A stretch of 64,000 nucleotides of DNA from an uncultured candidatus Porisulfidus sp. (GCA_965116025.1 OZ220480.1:1760001-1824000), one strand, 5' to 3'; counted from the first letter of the stretch, positions 40,667-50,655 are shown. A program made the numbers and translations. Notes: generated by a model not told the origin, from the letters alone.

Positions 40667-42546
40667 GCGGACACCCTCCTGACCCGTCGGCGACGCTGGA
40701 AAAGCCACAGGCCAATGGCTCCCATAGTGATCAAAGCCGGCACCAGCCAGATATTGATCAAGCGCAGGACGAAGCCCAAGCGCTCGATATCCCGGTCCAG
40801 CTCATGACGAACCGAGCGCAAATCGCGCCGCACCCGCGAACGCTCCTGCTGAAACGCCTCAATCTCCGCGCGCTGCTGCTCCGTCATCAGGTTTTGCTCT
40901 CCCTCATTCCGTAGCTGTTGGATCCGATTGATGCTCTCCTCCGTTTCTCGCAATCGCCGCTGGAGCTCCTCCTCCTTCGCGTGAAAACGCTGCTCCGCCT
41001 GTCGGCGGAGCCGCTCGACCACGTGGAACGGGCGCGAGAATCCCGAGCGGCCACGCAAGCCGATCAGGTCGCCGCTACCCGCTAGGCTTTCCAGCGCGTT
41101 GGTCACGAAATCGCCATTGCTGGCCCAAGCCCGCGAGATTCTCTGTCCAAAGAAGTTCTGCGCGCGCGTCCATAAGGTATCTGACAGCATGTCCGCGTCG
41201 GCGACCACGATGGCGTCGACCGTCTCTCGCGCTTCGGCCAAATGACCGTCCGCCGGAGCCTGAGCGCCTTCCGGCGGACCGGACGGATACATGCTTCGCG
41301 GCCGCAACCGGACCCAAGCGGCCAAAGTCAAGGGAGCGTTTCCGGGCTCGAACCATTCCAGCAAAGCCGTCGGATCCGGGAGATATCGATAACGCGGCTT
41401 TGGAATCTCACCGGAATCCGGTGAGGTGCGCAGCAACGGCTCGAACTCGCCCGCGAACGCTTCCGTCTTCCGGATCTGGCCCGGGAACCCGAACGTGACT
41501 CGGGACAGTTGGGCGGAGATCATGTTGTCCCTGTTGATCCGCTTCTCGTCCAGCCCAATAATCGAGACATGGCGGACCGGACGCTGGGAGCCCTGGTTCT
41601 GCACCGGTAAGGCCAAGGCGCGGTCGGCCACGATCGCGTCCATGTCGATCTTGAGGCCCCAGACATCCAGCAGTCTCTTGATCTCGGACGCTTGAATGCC
41701 CCCGGCGTCGGGTGGGTTGCTGGCGTCCTGGAACATGGGGTCCTTGTCCGCGTACGGATCGGCGAACAGCATCAGCCGCCCGCCGCGCATCAGAAACTGA
41801 TCCACCGCGTACAACATCTCCTCGGACAGTCCCTTCGGATGAATCAGCATCATGATACGAATATCCGGGTCGATCTCCCCGGATTCGACATCAATCTGGC
41901 GAACCTCGAACAGTTGCTCGATCTGGTCGAGAATCGCCCACTGCGGGGTCGCCCGCTGGCTCGCGAGGTCGAAGCCCCCGAACACCTGCAAGTTCGTCAG
42001 GATCCCCACCACGGGCTTCGCTGGATTCGTCAGGGAATAGACCAACTGGCTGATGTCGTACTCAAGGAACGCTTCCCGATCCGGCTGAAAGAACTCGATG
42101 ATCTCGACATCGTCCACCACGTTCGTGCCCACCAAGCCAAAATACAACTGGTCTCCACCCGGAACCGGGATGGACCGCAGATTGAACTCCGTCGCCCGGT
42201 CCTCCTCCTCCGAGTACGGCGTCGGGTCGATCACCCGCAGGTTGATCCGCCCACCCGCGTAATGCGCGTACTCTTCCAGCAACTCCCGGACTCTCCGAGC
42301 GTAGTTGCGCAACTGAGCGTTGTCCGAGCTTGCCCGGTCCGAGAAGAACAAATACAGGTTGATCGGTTGCTGAACGCCATCAAGCACCTTTAAGGTTCCC
42401 TCGCTCATGGTGTACAGCTTCTGCTCGGTCAAATCCAACCGCATGTTGTCCAGCGTCAGGTTGCTGAGCATGACGCCGGACACGAACAATACCGCCAGCA
42501 GACCCAAGCCCGCCGCCGTGTAGGTCCGGTCGTTCGACGCGCTCAT
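40663..42546 (-). CDS. GldG-like ABC auxiliary component
   Basis: RLDLTEQKLYTMS, FLEYDIS, VDQFLMRGG, ADADML, NGDFVTN; TMs at both ends. Confidence 0.85.
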   Translation of the reverse strand: MSASNDRTYTAAGLGLLAVLFVSGVMLSNLTLDNMRLDLTEQKLYTMSEGTLKVLDGVQQPINLYLFFSDRASSDNAQLRNYARRVRELLEEYAHYAGGRINLRVIDPTPYSEEEDRATEFNLRSIPVPGGDQLYFGLVGTNVVDDVEIIEFFQPDREAFLEYDISQLVYSLTNPAKPVVGILTNLQVFGGFDLASQRATPQWAILDQIEQLFEVRQIDVESGEIDPDIRIMMLIHPKGLSEEMLYAVDQFLMRGGRLMLFADPYADKDPMFQDASNPPDAGGIQASEIKRLLDVWGLKIDMDAIVADRALALPVQNQGSQRPVRHVSIIGLDEKRINRDNMISAQLSRVTFGFPGQIRKTEAFAGEFEPLLRTSPDSGEIPKPRYRYLPDPTALLEWFEPGNAPLTLAAWVRLRPRSMYPSGPPEGAQAPADGHLAEARETVDAIVVADADMLSDTLWTRAQNFFGQRISRAWASNGDFVTNALESLAGSGDLIGLRGRSGFSRPFHVVERLRRQAEQRFHAKEEELQRRLRETEESINRIQQLRNEGEQNLMTEQQRAEIEAFQQERSRVRRDLRSVRHELDRDIERLGFVLRLINIWLVPALITMGAIGLWLFQRRRRVRRVSA

Positions 42547-43283
42547 GCCGCCTTGCGCGCCCGAACTATGACCACGTTCGCGTACAGCCATACCGAGATC
42601 AAGATCACGAAATACGACAGATCCCGCAAATCGATAACGCCCCTGTTGATCGAGGAGAAGTGCGTGAGAAAACTGAGCGACGCGATGGCGTCGACGACTG
42701 GTTGCGGCAGCCACAACTGAAAGAAATCCAGCACGAGAGGAAAGCCACTCAACAGAAACAGGAAACAGGTCACCAGGCTAAGGATGAACGCCACGACCTG
42801 GTTGCGGGTGGTCGCGGAGATGCAGGCGCCGATCGCCAGAAAGCCGCCCGCCATCAGGAAGCTCCCCAGATAGGCGCCGAGAATAATCCCGTTGTCTGGA
42901 TCTCCTAAATAGTTGACCGTCAGCCAGATCGGGAACGTCAGCGACAGAGCGATGCCAGTGAAAGCCCAAGCGGCCAGGAATTTTCCAAGCACGGCCTCCA
43001 GCACGGTCACCGGCAACGTCATCAGCAACTCGATACTGCCGCTCTTGCGCTCCTCCGCCCATAGGCGCATGGATATGGCCGGCACCAGAAACAGATACAG
43101 CCACGGATGGAACATGAAAAACGCGCTCAGGTCCGCCTGCTCGCGCTCGTAGAAATTCCCCAGATAGAAGCTCAGCGCTCCAGACAGCAAAAGGAAGATC
43201 ATGATGAAGACGTAGGCGACCGGGGTCTGAAAATACCCGACCAGCTCTCGTCGCAAGATCGCCCGTAAATTACTCATGGACAT
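42543..43283 (-). CDS. GldF-like ABC-2 permease
   Basis: YFQTPVAYVF, MRLWAEERKSGSIELL, TRNQVVAF. Confidence 0.9.
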   Translation of the reverse strand: MSMSNLRAILRRELVGYFQTPVAYVFIMIFLLLSGALSFYLGNFYEREQADLSAFFMFHPWLYLFLVPAISMRLWAEERKSGSIELLMTLPVTVLEAVLGKFLAAWAFTGIALSLTFPIWLTVNYLGDPDNGIILGAYLGSFLMAGGFLAIGACISATTRNQVVAFILSLVTCFLFLLSGFPLVLDFFQLWLPQPVVDAIASLSFLTHFSSINRGVIDLRDLSYFVILISVWLYANVVIVRARKAA

Positions 43284-44193
43284 CGTGGGTCAAGGTATGG
43301 AACACGTCGTCTAGCCGTCCGGCCTGGATATGCAGCGGCGCGTCGCTCCGGTCGTGGCGCCGCAACACGTCGCGGACCGCGTCTTCCAGCACACGGCCGG
43401 AGCGAGGAATCAAGGTCAGTCCCTGACGCTCCGGCTCCACCATGGCGACTCCGTCCAGGTCCCCGAGAGCGACCCGCGTCGCCTCCTCCAAACGCGCCTG
43501 GATCGTGACCGCGTTGCAGTACCGAGAGCGTTGGCGCAAATCCTCGGGGGATTCGTCGACCAGCAGCTTTCCTTCAGAGACGATGATGGCCCGCGTGCAG
43601 ATAGCCTCGACCTCCTCGAGTATGTGCGTCGAGATGACGATGGTCTTGTCTCGCGCCATCTCGTTGATGAACGCGCGCACCTGCCGCTTCTGGTTCGGGT
43701 CCAGCCCGTCGGTCGGCTCGTCCATGATCAGGACGCGCGGGTCATGCAGCATGGCCTGCGCCAGCCCGACCCGTCGGCGATATCCTTTCGAAAGCGTGTC
43801 GACCGGACGGTGCAGCACTGGCTCCAGCCCCAACTGGCCGATCACCCGGTCCAACCGGCCGCGGCGGTTTTTCGGGCGGCGGACATCCGCCACGAAATTC
43901 AGGAACTGCCAAGGAGTCATCTCGCCGTACGCCGGCGCGCCCTCCGGCAGATAGCCCAAACATCGCTTAGCCTTGATCGGCTCCGTCGCCACCGGATGCC
44001 CGCAGACCGATACCCGACCGGCCGTCGGCGGCAAAAAGCCGGTGATGATCTTCATGGTCGTGGATTTGCCGGCGCCATTCGGGCCAAGAAAGCCCAGCAC
44101 CTCGCCCGGACCGACCTCGAAGCTCAGGTCGTCGACGGCATGCAGGTCACCATAGATCTTGACCAGATTCTCGACTGTGATCGACTTGGCCAC
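43270..44193 (-). CDS. GldA-like ABC ATP-binding protein
   Basis: GPNGAGKST, LSKGYRRRVGLAQA, DEPTDGLDP, STHIL. Confidence 0.92.
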   Translation of the reverse strand: MAKSITVENLVKIYGDLHAVDDLSFEVGPGEVLGFLGPNGAGKSTTMKIITGFLPPTAGRVSVCGHPVATEPIKAKRCLGYLPEGAPAYGEMTPWQFLNFVADVRRPKNRRGRLDRVIGQLGLEPVLHRPVDTLSKGYRRRVGLAQAMLHDPRVLIMDEPTDGLDPNQKRQVRAFINEMARDKTIVISTHILEEVEAICTRAIIVSEGKLLVDESPEDLRQRSRYCNAVTIQARLEEATRVALGDLDGVAMVEPERQGLTLIPRSGRVLEDAVRDVLRRHDRSDAPLHIQAGRLDDVFHTLTHDVHE

Positions 44194-44313
44194 GCGCGTT
44201 TTCTCCGCTTCCCTCTCGGTTTCTTGACGCTTCAGCGAGCGCCGATTAAATGGGGAGGAACGCTCGTCGTTTCAAGCGGAGCCAAGGATTCGCGCCGCAA
44301 GGCTCGAGCCTCT

Positions 44314-45213
44314 CTATTCCTGATAATAGTAATCATAACGTCTCAACAAATCGAGCGAGAATCTCCAAGCATCCTGGTAGGTTAAGTCGCTGTCCATCGG
44401 GATCACGATGCGGACGAACAGCCGGTCGCCATGCTCCCGCTTAAGATGCGCCAGGATCTGATGCATCTCCCCCTCCTCAACAGCCTCGAACTTCGAGGCG
44501 TCTGGGAGCCGGAGCGTGAAGGCGGGGCGTCCATCCACTTTTCGGTGACGAACCGCGACCACCACCTTTCCTTGATCGCTGCGGGCCGGCCTCGACAACG
44601 CCGCGTACTTTTCCCCCATCTCCTCGTATTCTTTCCGCAAACGCTCCAACTCCTCGTGGGTCTGGCGCCGTTCCGCCTCGACCTCCACATACATTCGCTC
44701 GCGCAACAAGCCTTCCTCCCGCATTTCCGCCAACCGCCGCTGCACATCAAGCAACTCCCGCTCCCGCTCCGCGCTGACGGTGCGACTTTCCCGCATCTCG
44801 TCCCGCATGCGCGCCCGCTCTTCCTGTATGGCGGCCAGTTGGCTCCGTTGCAGAGTCAGCGCCTCGCGCGCGCTCGCCAAATCTCTCTCGCGCGCTTCCA
44901 ATTGCGCGAGCTTGGCCTGCAGAGTATCGCGCGTGCGGTCCATACGCGACCGCATCTCTTCCAACTCAAGCTGGAGCAGCATCTGGCGCACGTTGAGATC
45001 CTCCGCCCGCTCCCTCGCTTGCCGCTCCAGCGCGATCGTCTCCTGAACCTGCCGGGAAAGATCCCAGTTGTGCAGAACCGCGACCAAACTGGACAGAAGG
45101 AACACGATCACCACGACCATCATGATGTCGGTGAAAGACGGCCAGAAATTCTCCTCGCTGATGGAGGAGAGATGAGACGCGTGGCTGAGATGCGGAGAAG
45201 GAGCGCCAATCAC
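44314..45213 (-). CDS. MotB/ExbD-like single-TM protein with long coiled coil
   Basis: FWPSFTDIMMVVVIVFLL TM with Asp, long E/R/Q/L coiled coil, short C-terminal alpha/beta domain; GTGA overlap with the upstream gene. Confidence 0.65.
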   Translation of the reverse strand: MIGAPSPHLSHASHLSSISEENFWPSFTDIMMVVVIVFLLSSLVAVLHNWDLSRQVQETIALERQARERAEDLNVRQMLLQLELEEMRSRMDRTRDTLQAKLAQLEARERDLASAREALTLQRSQLAAIQEERARMRDEMRESRTVSAERERELLDVQRRLAEMREEGLLRERMYVEVEAERRQTHEELERLRKEYEEMGEKYAALSRPARSDQGKVVVAVRHRKVDGRPAFTLRLPDASKFEAVEEGEMHQILAHLKREHGDRLFVRIVIPMDSDLTYQDAWRFSLDLLRRYDYYYQE

Positions 45214-46145
45214 GATTCTTTCTGATCCAGACGGAATCCCGCCCGCAGGGTCTGGTTGACCTCCCGCAACGCCTCCAAGACCTGCCGGGACCGCTCGGTT
45301 TGCTCTCGCCAGTCGTGGCGCGTGGCGTCGAGATGCGGAGTCAGGCGGTCCTGGACTTCCGCCAGAGCGGTAGCCACGCCATGCAGGTCTTTCAGCCGAA
45401 GCGCCAGGGTCTGGGTCAGGTTTCCGCCTTCCTGCGTGAGCGACGGCATGATCCGGCGAAGGGTCAGCAACTCGATTCGCTGACACACGCTGGATTGGCT
45501 GGCCACCAATCGAGAGAAAATGAGGGCGAGCGCCAAGTAGGCCGCGATGGCCGTCATCGTCGTGGAGAGCGCCGTCGCCATCCCGCGAACCACCATGGTG
45601 ATTCCCCCTCCACCCTGCGGGAGCGACAACAGGTCAGTGGCTCCAACTAAAGCCAGGGACAGCGACGCGACCGTGCCGAACACGCCCAGCAGGATTAGTA
45701 GACTCTGGATCAAGCGAACCAAGCCGAGACGAGCCACCTCTTGATTTAGCAAAATGGCCGACAGGATCGCTTGCTGGGGGCGCTCCAGCTCCGAGCGGCT
45801 TTGCTGCAGAACGCGGTAGCGCTGCACGATCAAGGATCCCGACAGATTCTCGATGCCCGCCTCGGTCAGTCCGAAGTCCAGCTGCTCCTCGAACTGGTCA
45901 GTGGATCGATTCTCGCGAAAGTAGGCGAAAAGCAGATAGAAGCTTCGGGCCAGCGCGACCAGGAACATCGCCGCGATGATGCCGTTGACGATCATGCCGA
46001 GCCGCGTCGCCATGGCGCCCCAGTAGATCTCCGTCAGCACGTCCGCCTGCCACAACAGCAGGGCGGCGAACAAGATCAGCGCGACTCCCGCCTGCAACAC
46101 CATGCGCCCGGGGCGGCTCTTGAATAATTCCTGGATCATGGGCAA
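45210..46145 (-). CDS. MotA/TolQ/ExbB proton channel family protein
   Basis: LLGVFGTVASL...GMATALSTT helix pair plus two N-terminal TMs. Confidence 0.75.
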   Translation of the reverse strand: MPMIQELFKSRPGRMVLQAGVALILFAALLLWQADVLTEIYWGAMATRLGMIVNGIIAAMFLVALARSFYLLFAYFRENRSTDQFEEQLDFGLTEAGIENLSGSLIVQRYRVLQQSRSELERPQQAILSAILLNQEVARLGLVRLIQSLLILLGVFGTVASLSLALVGATDLLSLPQGGGGITMVVRGMATALSTTMTAIAAYLALALIFSRLVASQSSVCQRIELLTLRRIMPSLTQEGGNLTQTLALRLKDLHGVATALAEVQDRLTPHLDATRHDWREQTERSRQVLEALREVNQTLRAGFRLDQKES

Positions 46146-46231
46146 TGAGGTGGCCGCTTCCTAAGTTTGCTCTCACGGAGCAGGAAAGTGTAGCAGAGTC
46201 AAGAACCTGTCGGATTCGCTACTCCAATTCG

Positions 46232-46534
46232 TGGTGCGGGCGGAGGGATTCGAACCCCCACGGGCAAAGCCCAGCGGATTTTCGCACCAGCTACGGCTTT
46301 CGCCGCCGCCGCTCGCGCGGCGTTTGTGGTCCGGACTATCCCTTCGCCCTAGCGATTCCCGCCGTAGGCGCCGCCCGTCTAGTCTCTACACCTTCCCGGA
46401 AGCGAGTTCCAGGCTTGGCTCGGGATCGCCATTTCACAGGGTTCCCCGAATTTGAGCGGTTCTGCATCCCCGGTTTCCCGAGGAGCACTCAATGGCCTCA
46501 AGTCCGCAGCGTCTACCTGTTCCGCCACGCCCGC
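46232..46534 (-). tRNA. leuZ: tRNA-Leu(UAA), intron-containing (exons 46500-46534 and 46232-46282)
   Basis: Spliced 86-nt tRNA: acceptor GCGGGCG/CGCCCGC, anticodon arm GCGGA-CT^TAA-type loop (CTT^AAAA)-TCCGC, long variable arm, GTTCGAATC, CCA; follows tRNA-Gly and tRNA-Cys. Confidence 0.93.
46283..46499 (-). ncRNA. Group I self-splicing intron (IC3-like), 217 nt
   Basis: Exon ends in U and intron ends in G. P (CTCAAATTCGGGGAA), Q (GATCCCGAGC), R (GTGTAGAGACTAGACGG) and S (AAGGGATAGTCC) are present; P7 GACUA/UAGUC; GAAA tetraloops. Confidence 0.92.
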
Positions 46535-46614
46535 GCACCACGCCTATCATAGTGCAATCGAGATATTCCCGACTGGCCAAACAGCGGCGATGACCAGTGA
46601 GAACACCGTCGCGC

Positions 46615-46764
46615 TCACTCCCGATTCCCTCGCGAGAACCAGCCAGCTATCGCCACTATGAGGTAAATGAGCGCGAAATAAAAAACCACGCCCATTGCCG
46701 CCACGCCCAACACGCTGTAGAGCAGAAACTCCTCAAACTCGATACTCGCTAGCAGCTCATTCAT
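46615..46764 (-). CDS. Putative 49-aa membrane protein inside the tRNA cluster
   Basis: Manual translation MNELLASIEFEEFLLYSVLGVAAMGVVFYFALIYLIVAIAGWFSRGNRE; GAGG upstream. Confidence 0.4.
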   Translation of the reverse strand: MNELLASIEFEEFLLYSVLGVAAMGVVFYFALIYLIVAIAGWFSRGNRE

Positions 46765-46973
46765 TGCCTGTCGCCTCGCTCAAGTCAATCGATGATAGCC
46801 ATCACTAAGCGAACCGCGAGATAAAAGAAACCCGCCAACCCTGCCAACCAGGAACATTTCGCTGCCGCTCATTTGGACATCGCGAACAGCGCGATAGCTT
46901 CAATCACCAAAATTCAAAGCTACGCTCCACCGCCCACATCTCTCGCGCCGCCATGATCCTTCGGGCTTTGATC

Positions 46974-47047
46974 TGGAGGCTGAGGTCGGAATCGAACCGG
47001 CGTCCACGGCTTTGCAGGCCGCTGCATAACCACTCTGCCACTCAGCC
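46974..47047 (-). tRNA. cysT: tRNA-Cys(GCA)
   Basis: 74-nt cloverleaf, loop CT-GCA-AA, CCA end. Confidence 0.96.
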
Positions 47048-47084
47048 CATGTCGTCACGGCCCAACCTGGATCGCGTCGGGAAC

Positions 47085-47160
47085 TGGAGCGGGAAACCGG
47101 ATTCGAACCGGCGACCTTAACCTTGGCAAGGTTACGCTCTACCAACTGAGCTATTCCCGC
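47085..47160 (-). tRNA. tRNA-Gly(GCC)
   Basis: GCGGGAATAGCTCAGTTGGTAGAGC..., anticodon GCC, CCA end. Confidence 0.97.
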
Positions 47161-47174
47161 CCCGCGAAAGCAAA

Positions 47175-47203
47175 ATTGTCGCACCCCTGCCCGAGGCTGT
47201 CAA
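47175..47203 (-). promoter_or_regulatory. Sigma70 promoter of the tRNA cluster
   Basis: Minus strand TTGACA, 17 nt, GACAAT. Confidence 0.7.
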
Positions 47204-47329
47204 ACCAACTGCCAGCGACGCTTCTCCCCCTACGGATTCACGTCCCATCCAATGATCATCTCCCGCGCGCACTTTGTCAGACCGCGCGCTTCCGCGCCCG
47301 CGCCTAGAAAGGACTCGCGCATCGCGTTA

Positions 47330-47746
47330 TTAATGCTTGAACCGTTCCCGAACTTCCACGTGTTCGCGCTTGGCCATCACCAGCCGTCCCTCTATCAGGC
47401 CATCCAGAATCGCCGCTCCCAGTTTCGCTATATCACCCGTGCCTCGAGGCGGCGGGCTTGCTCCACCAGGAACTTTCAGCCCCGCTTCCCGCGCCATGCT
47501 CGCGCACAGGGCAACGGCTACCGGATCATTCTTGACTCGCTTGAACAGAGCCCGAAACGTTCGCTCCACATAATCGTCCATTCGCGGCATTATATCCACC
47601 GCCGACTCTGCGCGAAGCATCACGCGGCACTCGACCGTATCACGCTGGAGCTCCGCACCAATAACTCCCTCGGCTGGTTCTTCTTCCTCCGCATTAGTCA
47701 CCTTCACGCCATCTTGATTCACCAGCACGTAATAGCCGCAAGCCAT
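47330..47746 (-). CDS. Hypothetical protein (138 aa)
   Basis: Protein-like ORF filling the gap between the tRNAs and aceA; no family recognised. Confidence 0.5.
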   Translation of the reverse strand: MACGYYVLVNQDGVKVTNAEEEEPAEGVIGAELQRDTVECRVMLRAESAVDIMPRMDDYVERTFRALFKRVKNDPVAVALCASMAREAGLKVPGGASPPPRGTGDIAKLGAAILDGLIEGRLVMAKREHVEVRERFKH

Positions 47747-47986
47747 TCCGTTTCACAATCCAAAAGCGATCAAGCGCCACCACTCGACGCCGCTTCGTCG
47801 AAAGACGCACCCACCGCTCCGCAGAGCGAGAGCGACAGTGGGCTTAGCCCTATCAGCCAACGCGCGACTGCGCCCGTCACCGAATCTGTTAAAATCACCT
47901 TGAACACCCCGTATTCCCGGAGCCGGCGATTCTCTCGTCGCGCCGGGCGGGATCGCCTGAAACCAATGAGATGAGGAAATCCGCAA

Positions 47987-49291
47987 GTGGATCGAGAAAA
48001 ACAGATTGATGCCCTGCAGAAGGATTGGGACAGCAACCCGCGCTGGAGCGATGTGCGCCGAGGCTATACGGCAGAAGATGTCGTTCGCCTGCGCGGCTCG
48101 CGCGTGCCAGCCAACAGCACCGCGATGGAAGGCGCGGAAAAGCTTTGGCGCCTGGTCAACGGCGAGGCGCGCAAGGGCTACGTCAATTGCCTCGGCGCCT
48201 TGACCGGCGGGCAGGCGGTGCAGCAGGTCAAGGCCGGAATCGAGGCCATCTACCTGTCCGGCTGGCAAGTCGCCGCCGACGCCAACACTTCCGAAACCAT
48301 GTATCCGGACCAGTCTCTGTACGCCTACGATTCCGTTCCCACCGTGGTGCGCCGCATCAACAACGCGTTCAAGCGAGCGGACGAGATTCAGTGGGCGCGC
48401 GGACAGAACCCTGGAGACGAGGGCTTCATTGATTACTTCGCGCCGATCGTGGCGGATGCCGAAGCTGGCTTCGGAGGCGTGCTCAATGCTTTCGAGCTGA
48501 TGAAAAACATGATCCGCAACGGAGCCGCCGGAGTCCATTACGAAGACCAACTGGCCGCCGTCAAGAAGTGCGGGCATATGGGCGGCAAGGTGCTGGTACC
48601 CACTCAAGAGGCGATCCAGAAGCTGATTGCGGCGAGACTAGCCGCCGACGTGATGGGTGTTCCCACCGTGGTGCTAGCCCGCACCGACGCGGAGGCCGCG
48701 AACCTCGTGACCTCGGACTTCGACGAGAATGACAAGCCTTTCCTGACTGGCGAGCGGACCTCCGAAGGCTTCTACCGGACGCGCAACGGTCTGGAGCAAG
48801 CGATCTCGCGCGGTATCGCCTACGCTCCATACGCGGACTTAGTCTGGTGCGAGACCGGCACCCCGGATCTGGATTTCGCCCGCGCCTTCGCGGAAGCGGT
48901 GCGCGAGAAATATCCGAACCAGCTGCTCGCCTACAACTGCTCTCCCTCCTTCAACTGGAAGAAAAATCTGGACGACGCAACCATCGCGAAGTTCCAGCGC
49001 GAGTTGTCGGCGATGGGCTACAAATACCAGTTCATCACCTTGGCTGGCATTCATAGCATGTGGTACAACATGTTCGATCTCGCCCACGACTACGCGGGCG
49101 AGGAAGGAATGAAGCATTATGTGGAGAAGGTCCAGGAGCCGGAATTCGCGGCCGCGGATCGAGGCTATACGTTCGTCAGCCACCAGCAAGAGGTCGGAGC
49201 CGGCTATTTCGATGACGTGACCACCGTCATCCAGGGCGGGAGCTCTTCCGTCACGGCGCTGACCGGGTCAACCGAGGAGGAGCAGTTCTGA
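47987..49291 (+). CDS. aceA: Isocitrate lyase
   Basis: [36 protein letters not shown]. Confidence 0.98.
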   Translation: MDREKQIDALQKDWDSNPRWSDVRRGYTAEDVVRLRGSRVPANSTAMEGAEKLWRLVNGEARKGYVNCLGALTGGQAVQQVKAGIEAIYLSGWQVAADANTSETMYPDQSLYAYDSVPTVVRRINNAFKRADEIQWARGQNPGDEGFIDYFAPIVADAEAGFGGVLNAFELMKNMIRNGAAGVHYEDQLAAVKKCGHMGGKVLVPTQEAIQKLIAARLAADVMGVPTVVLARTDAEAANLVTSDFDENDKPFLTGERTSEGFYRTRNGLEQAISRGIAYAPYADLVWCETGTPDLDFARAFAEAVREKYPNQLLAYNCSPSFNWKKNLDDATIAKFQRELSAMGYKYQFITLAGIHSMWYNMFDLAHDYAGEEGMKHYVEKVQEPEFAAADRGYTFVSHQQEVGAGYFDDVTTVIQGGSSSVTALTGSTEEEQF

Positions 49292-49311
49292 GGCGCGCGC
49301 CCGGACGCGCC

Positions 49312-50655
49312 ATGACGATGGAGAAATACGAGCACATCCACATTCCGGCCGACGGCGCGCGGATCACCGTTCACTCGGACCAGAGCCTGGACGTTCCGGA
49401 CCGCCCGATCATCCCATTCATCGAGGGCGACGGCATTGGCATCGATGTCACGCCCGTCATGCGCCAGGTCGTGAAGAACGCGGTGCGCGACGCTTACGGG
49501 GGCGACCGGGAGATCTACTGGATGGAGATCTACGCGGGCGAGAAAGCCTGCAAGCTATACCAGGAGGGAACTTTCCTGCCCGACGAGACCTTGCGGGCAA
49601 TGCAGGACTACGTGGTGTCGATCAAGGGGCCCTTGACGACCCCGGTCGGCAAAGGCATCCGCTCGCTCAACGTCGCTATCCGTCAGAAGATGGACTTGTA
49701 CGCTTGCGTGCGGCCGATCCGTTTCTTCCCCGGCACTCCGACCCCGCTCAAGGTCTCCGAAACCACCGACATGGTCGTGTTTCGAGAGAACACCGAGGAT
49801 ATCTACGCCGGCATCGAATGGCCCAGCGATTCGCCCGAGGCCCGCAAGCTGATCCGGTTTCTGGAAGAGGAGATGGGCGTCCACGAAATCCGCTTCCCCA
49901 AGAGCTCCGGGATCGGCATCAAGCCCGTCTCCCAAGAGGGCTCTTCCCGCTTGATCCGCAAAGCGGTCCGGTACGCGATCGACAACAACCGCTCCTCGGT
50001 CACGCTGGTGCATAAGGGAAACATCATGAAATACACCGAGGGCGCCTTCTGCCGCTGGGGCTACGAGTTGGTGACGGAGGAGTTCGGCGCTGAGCTGATC
50101 GGGGATGGCCCGTGGAGAACGATTCGGAACCCACGCGGCGGGGAGCCCATCGTGATCAAGGATGTTATCGCCGACAACTTTCTGCAGCAGATTCTCCTGA
50201 AACCAGCCGACTACGATGTCATCGCGACCCTGAACCTCAACGGCGATTACATCTCGGACGCGCTCGCGGCCCAAGTCGGGGGGATCGGGATCGCCCCGGG
50301 CGCCAACATGGGCGATGCCGTCGCGGTGTTCGAGGCCACGCACGGATCGGCTCCGAAATACGCGGGCAAGAACCGCGTCAACCCGGGCTCCATCCTGCTA
50401 TCCGCGGAAATGATGCTGCGCTACTTGGGCTGGACCGAGGCCGCCGATCTGGTTCTCAAGGGAATTTCCGGAGCGATCGCCAACAAGTATCTGACCTATG
50501 ATCTGGCGCGGGTCCGCGCGGGCATCCCGGCGGGCCGCCTCAGTGCCGCCGACAGTCGGCAACAGGTGGAGAAGCACATGCAAGAGCTGATCCCCGGGGC
50601 CACGCTGGTGACGACGTCCGGCTTCGCCGAGGCCGTCATCCGGCATATGCGGTAA
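49312..50655 (+). CDS. icd: NADP-dependent isocitrate dehydrogenase
   Basis: [45 protein letters not shown]. Confidence 0.97.
   Translation: MTMEKYEHIHIPADGARITVHSDQSLDVPDRPIIPFIEGDGIGIDVTPVMRQVVKNAVRDAYGGDREIYWMEIYAGEKACKLYQEGTFLPDETLRAMQDYVVSIKGPLTTPVGKGIRSLNVAIRQKMDLYACVRPIRFFPGTPTPLKVSETTDMVVFRENTEDIYAGIEWPSDSPEARKLIRFLEEEMGVHEIRFPKSSGIGIKPVSQEGSSRLIRKAVRYAIDNNRSSVTLVHKGNIMKYTEGAFCRWGYELVTEEFGAELIGDGPWRTIRNPRGGEPIVIKDVIADNFLQQILLKPADYDVIATLNLNGDYISDALAAQVGGIGIAPGANMGDAVAVFEATHGSAPKYAGKNRVNPGSILLSAEMMLRYLGWTEAADLVLKGISGAIANKYLTYDLARVRAGIPAGRLSAADSRQQVEKHMQELIPGATLVTTSGFAEAVIRHMR

Noticed and set aside
39638-44193. Bacteroidetes-type gliding motility
   Set aside because: GldA/F/G-like ABC systems are widespread in non-gliding Proteobacteria, and no other gld/spr genes are in the window.
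43330-45225. Long antisense ORFs (also 21144..22217, 36494..37414, 47753..48607, 51917..53131)
   Set aside because: Shadow frames of well-identified GC-rich genes, with no motifs of their own.
44314-46145. Zorya (ZorAB) defence system
   Set aside because: The A subunit lacks the long cytoplasmic tail, the B subunit lacks an OmpA-like motif, no zorC/D/E is present, and composition resembles core genes.
46145-46661. ORFs 46145..46552, 46231..46455 and 46452..46661
   Set aside because: They are antisense to tRNA-Leu and its intron; WCGRRDSNP is the classic tRNA shadow translation.
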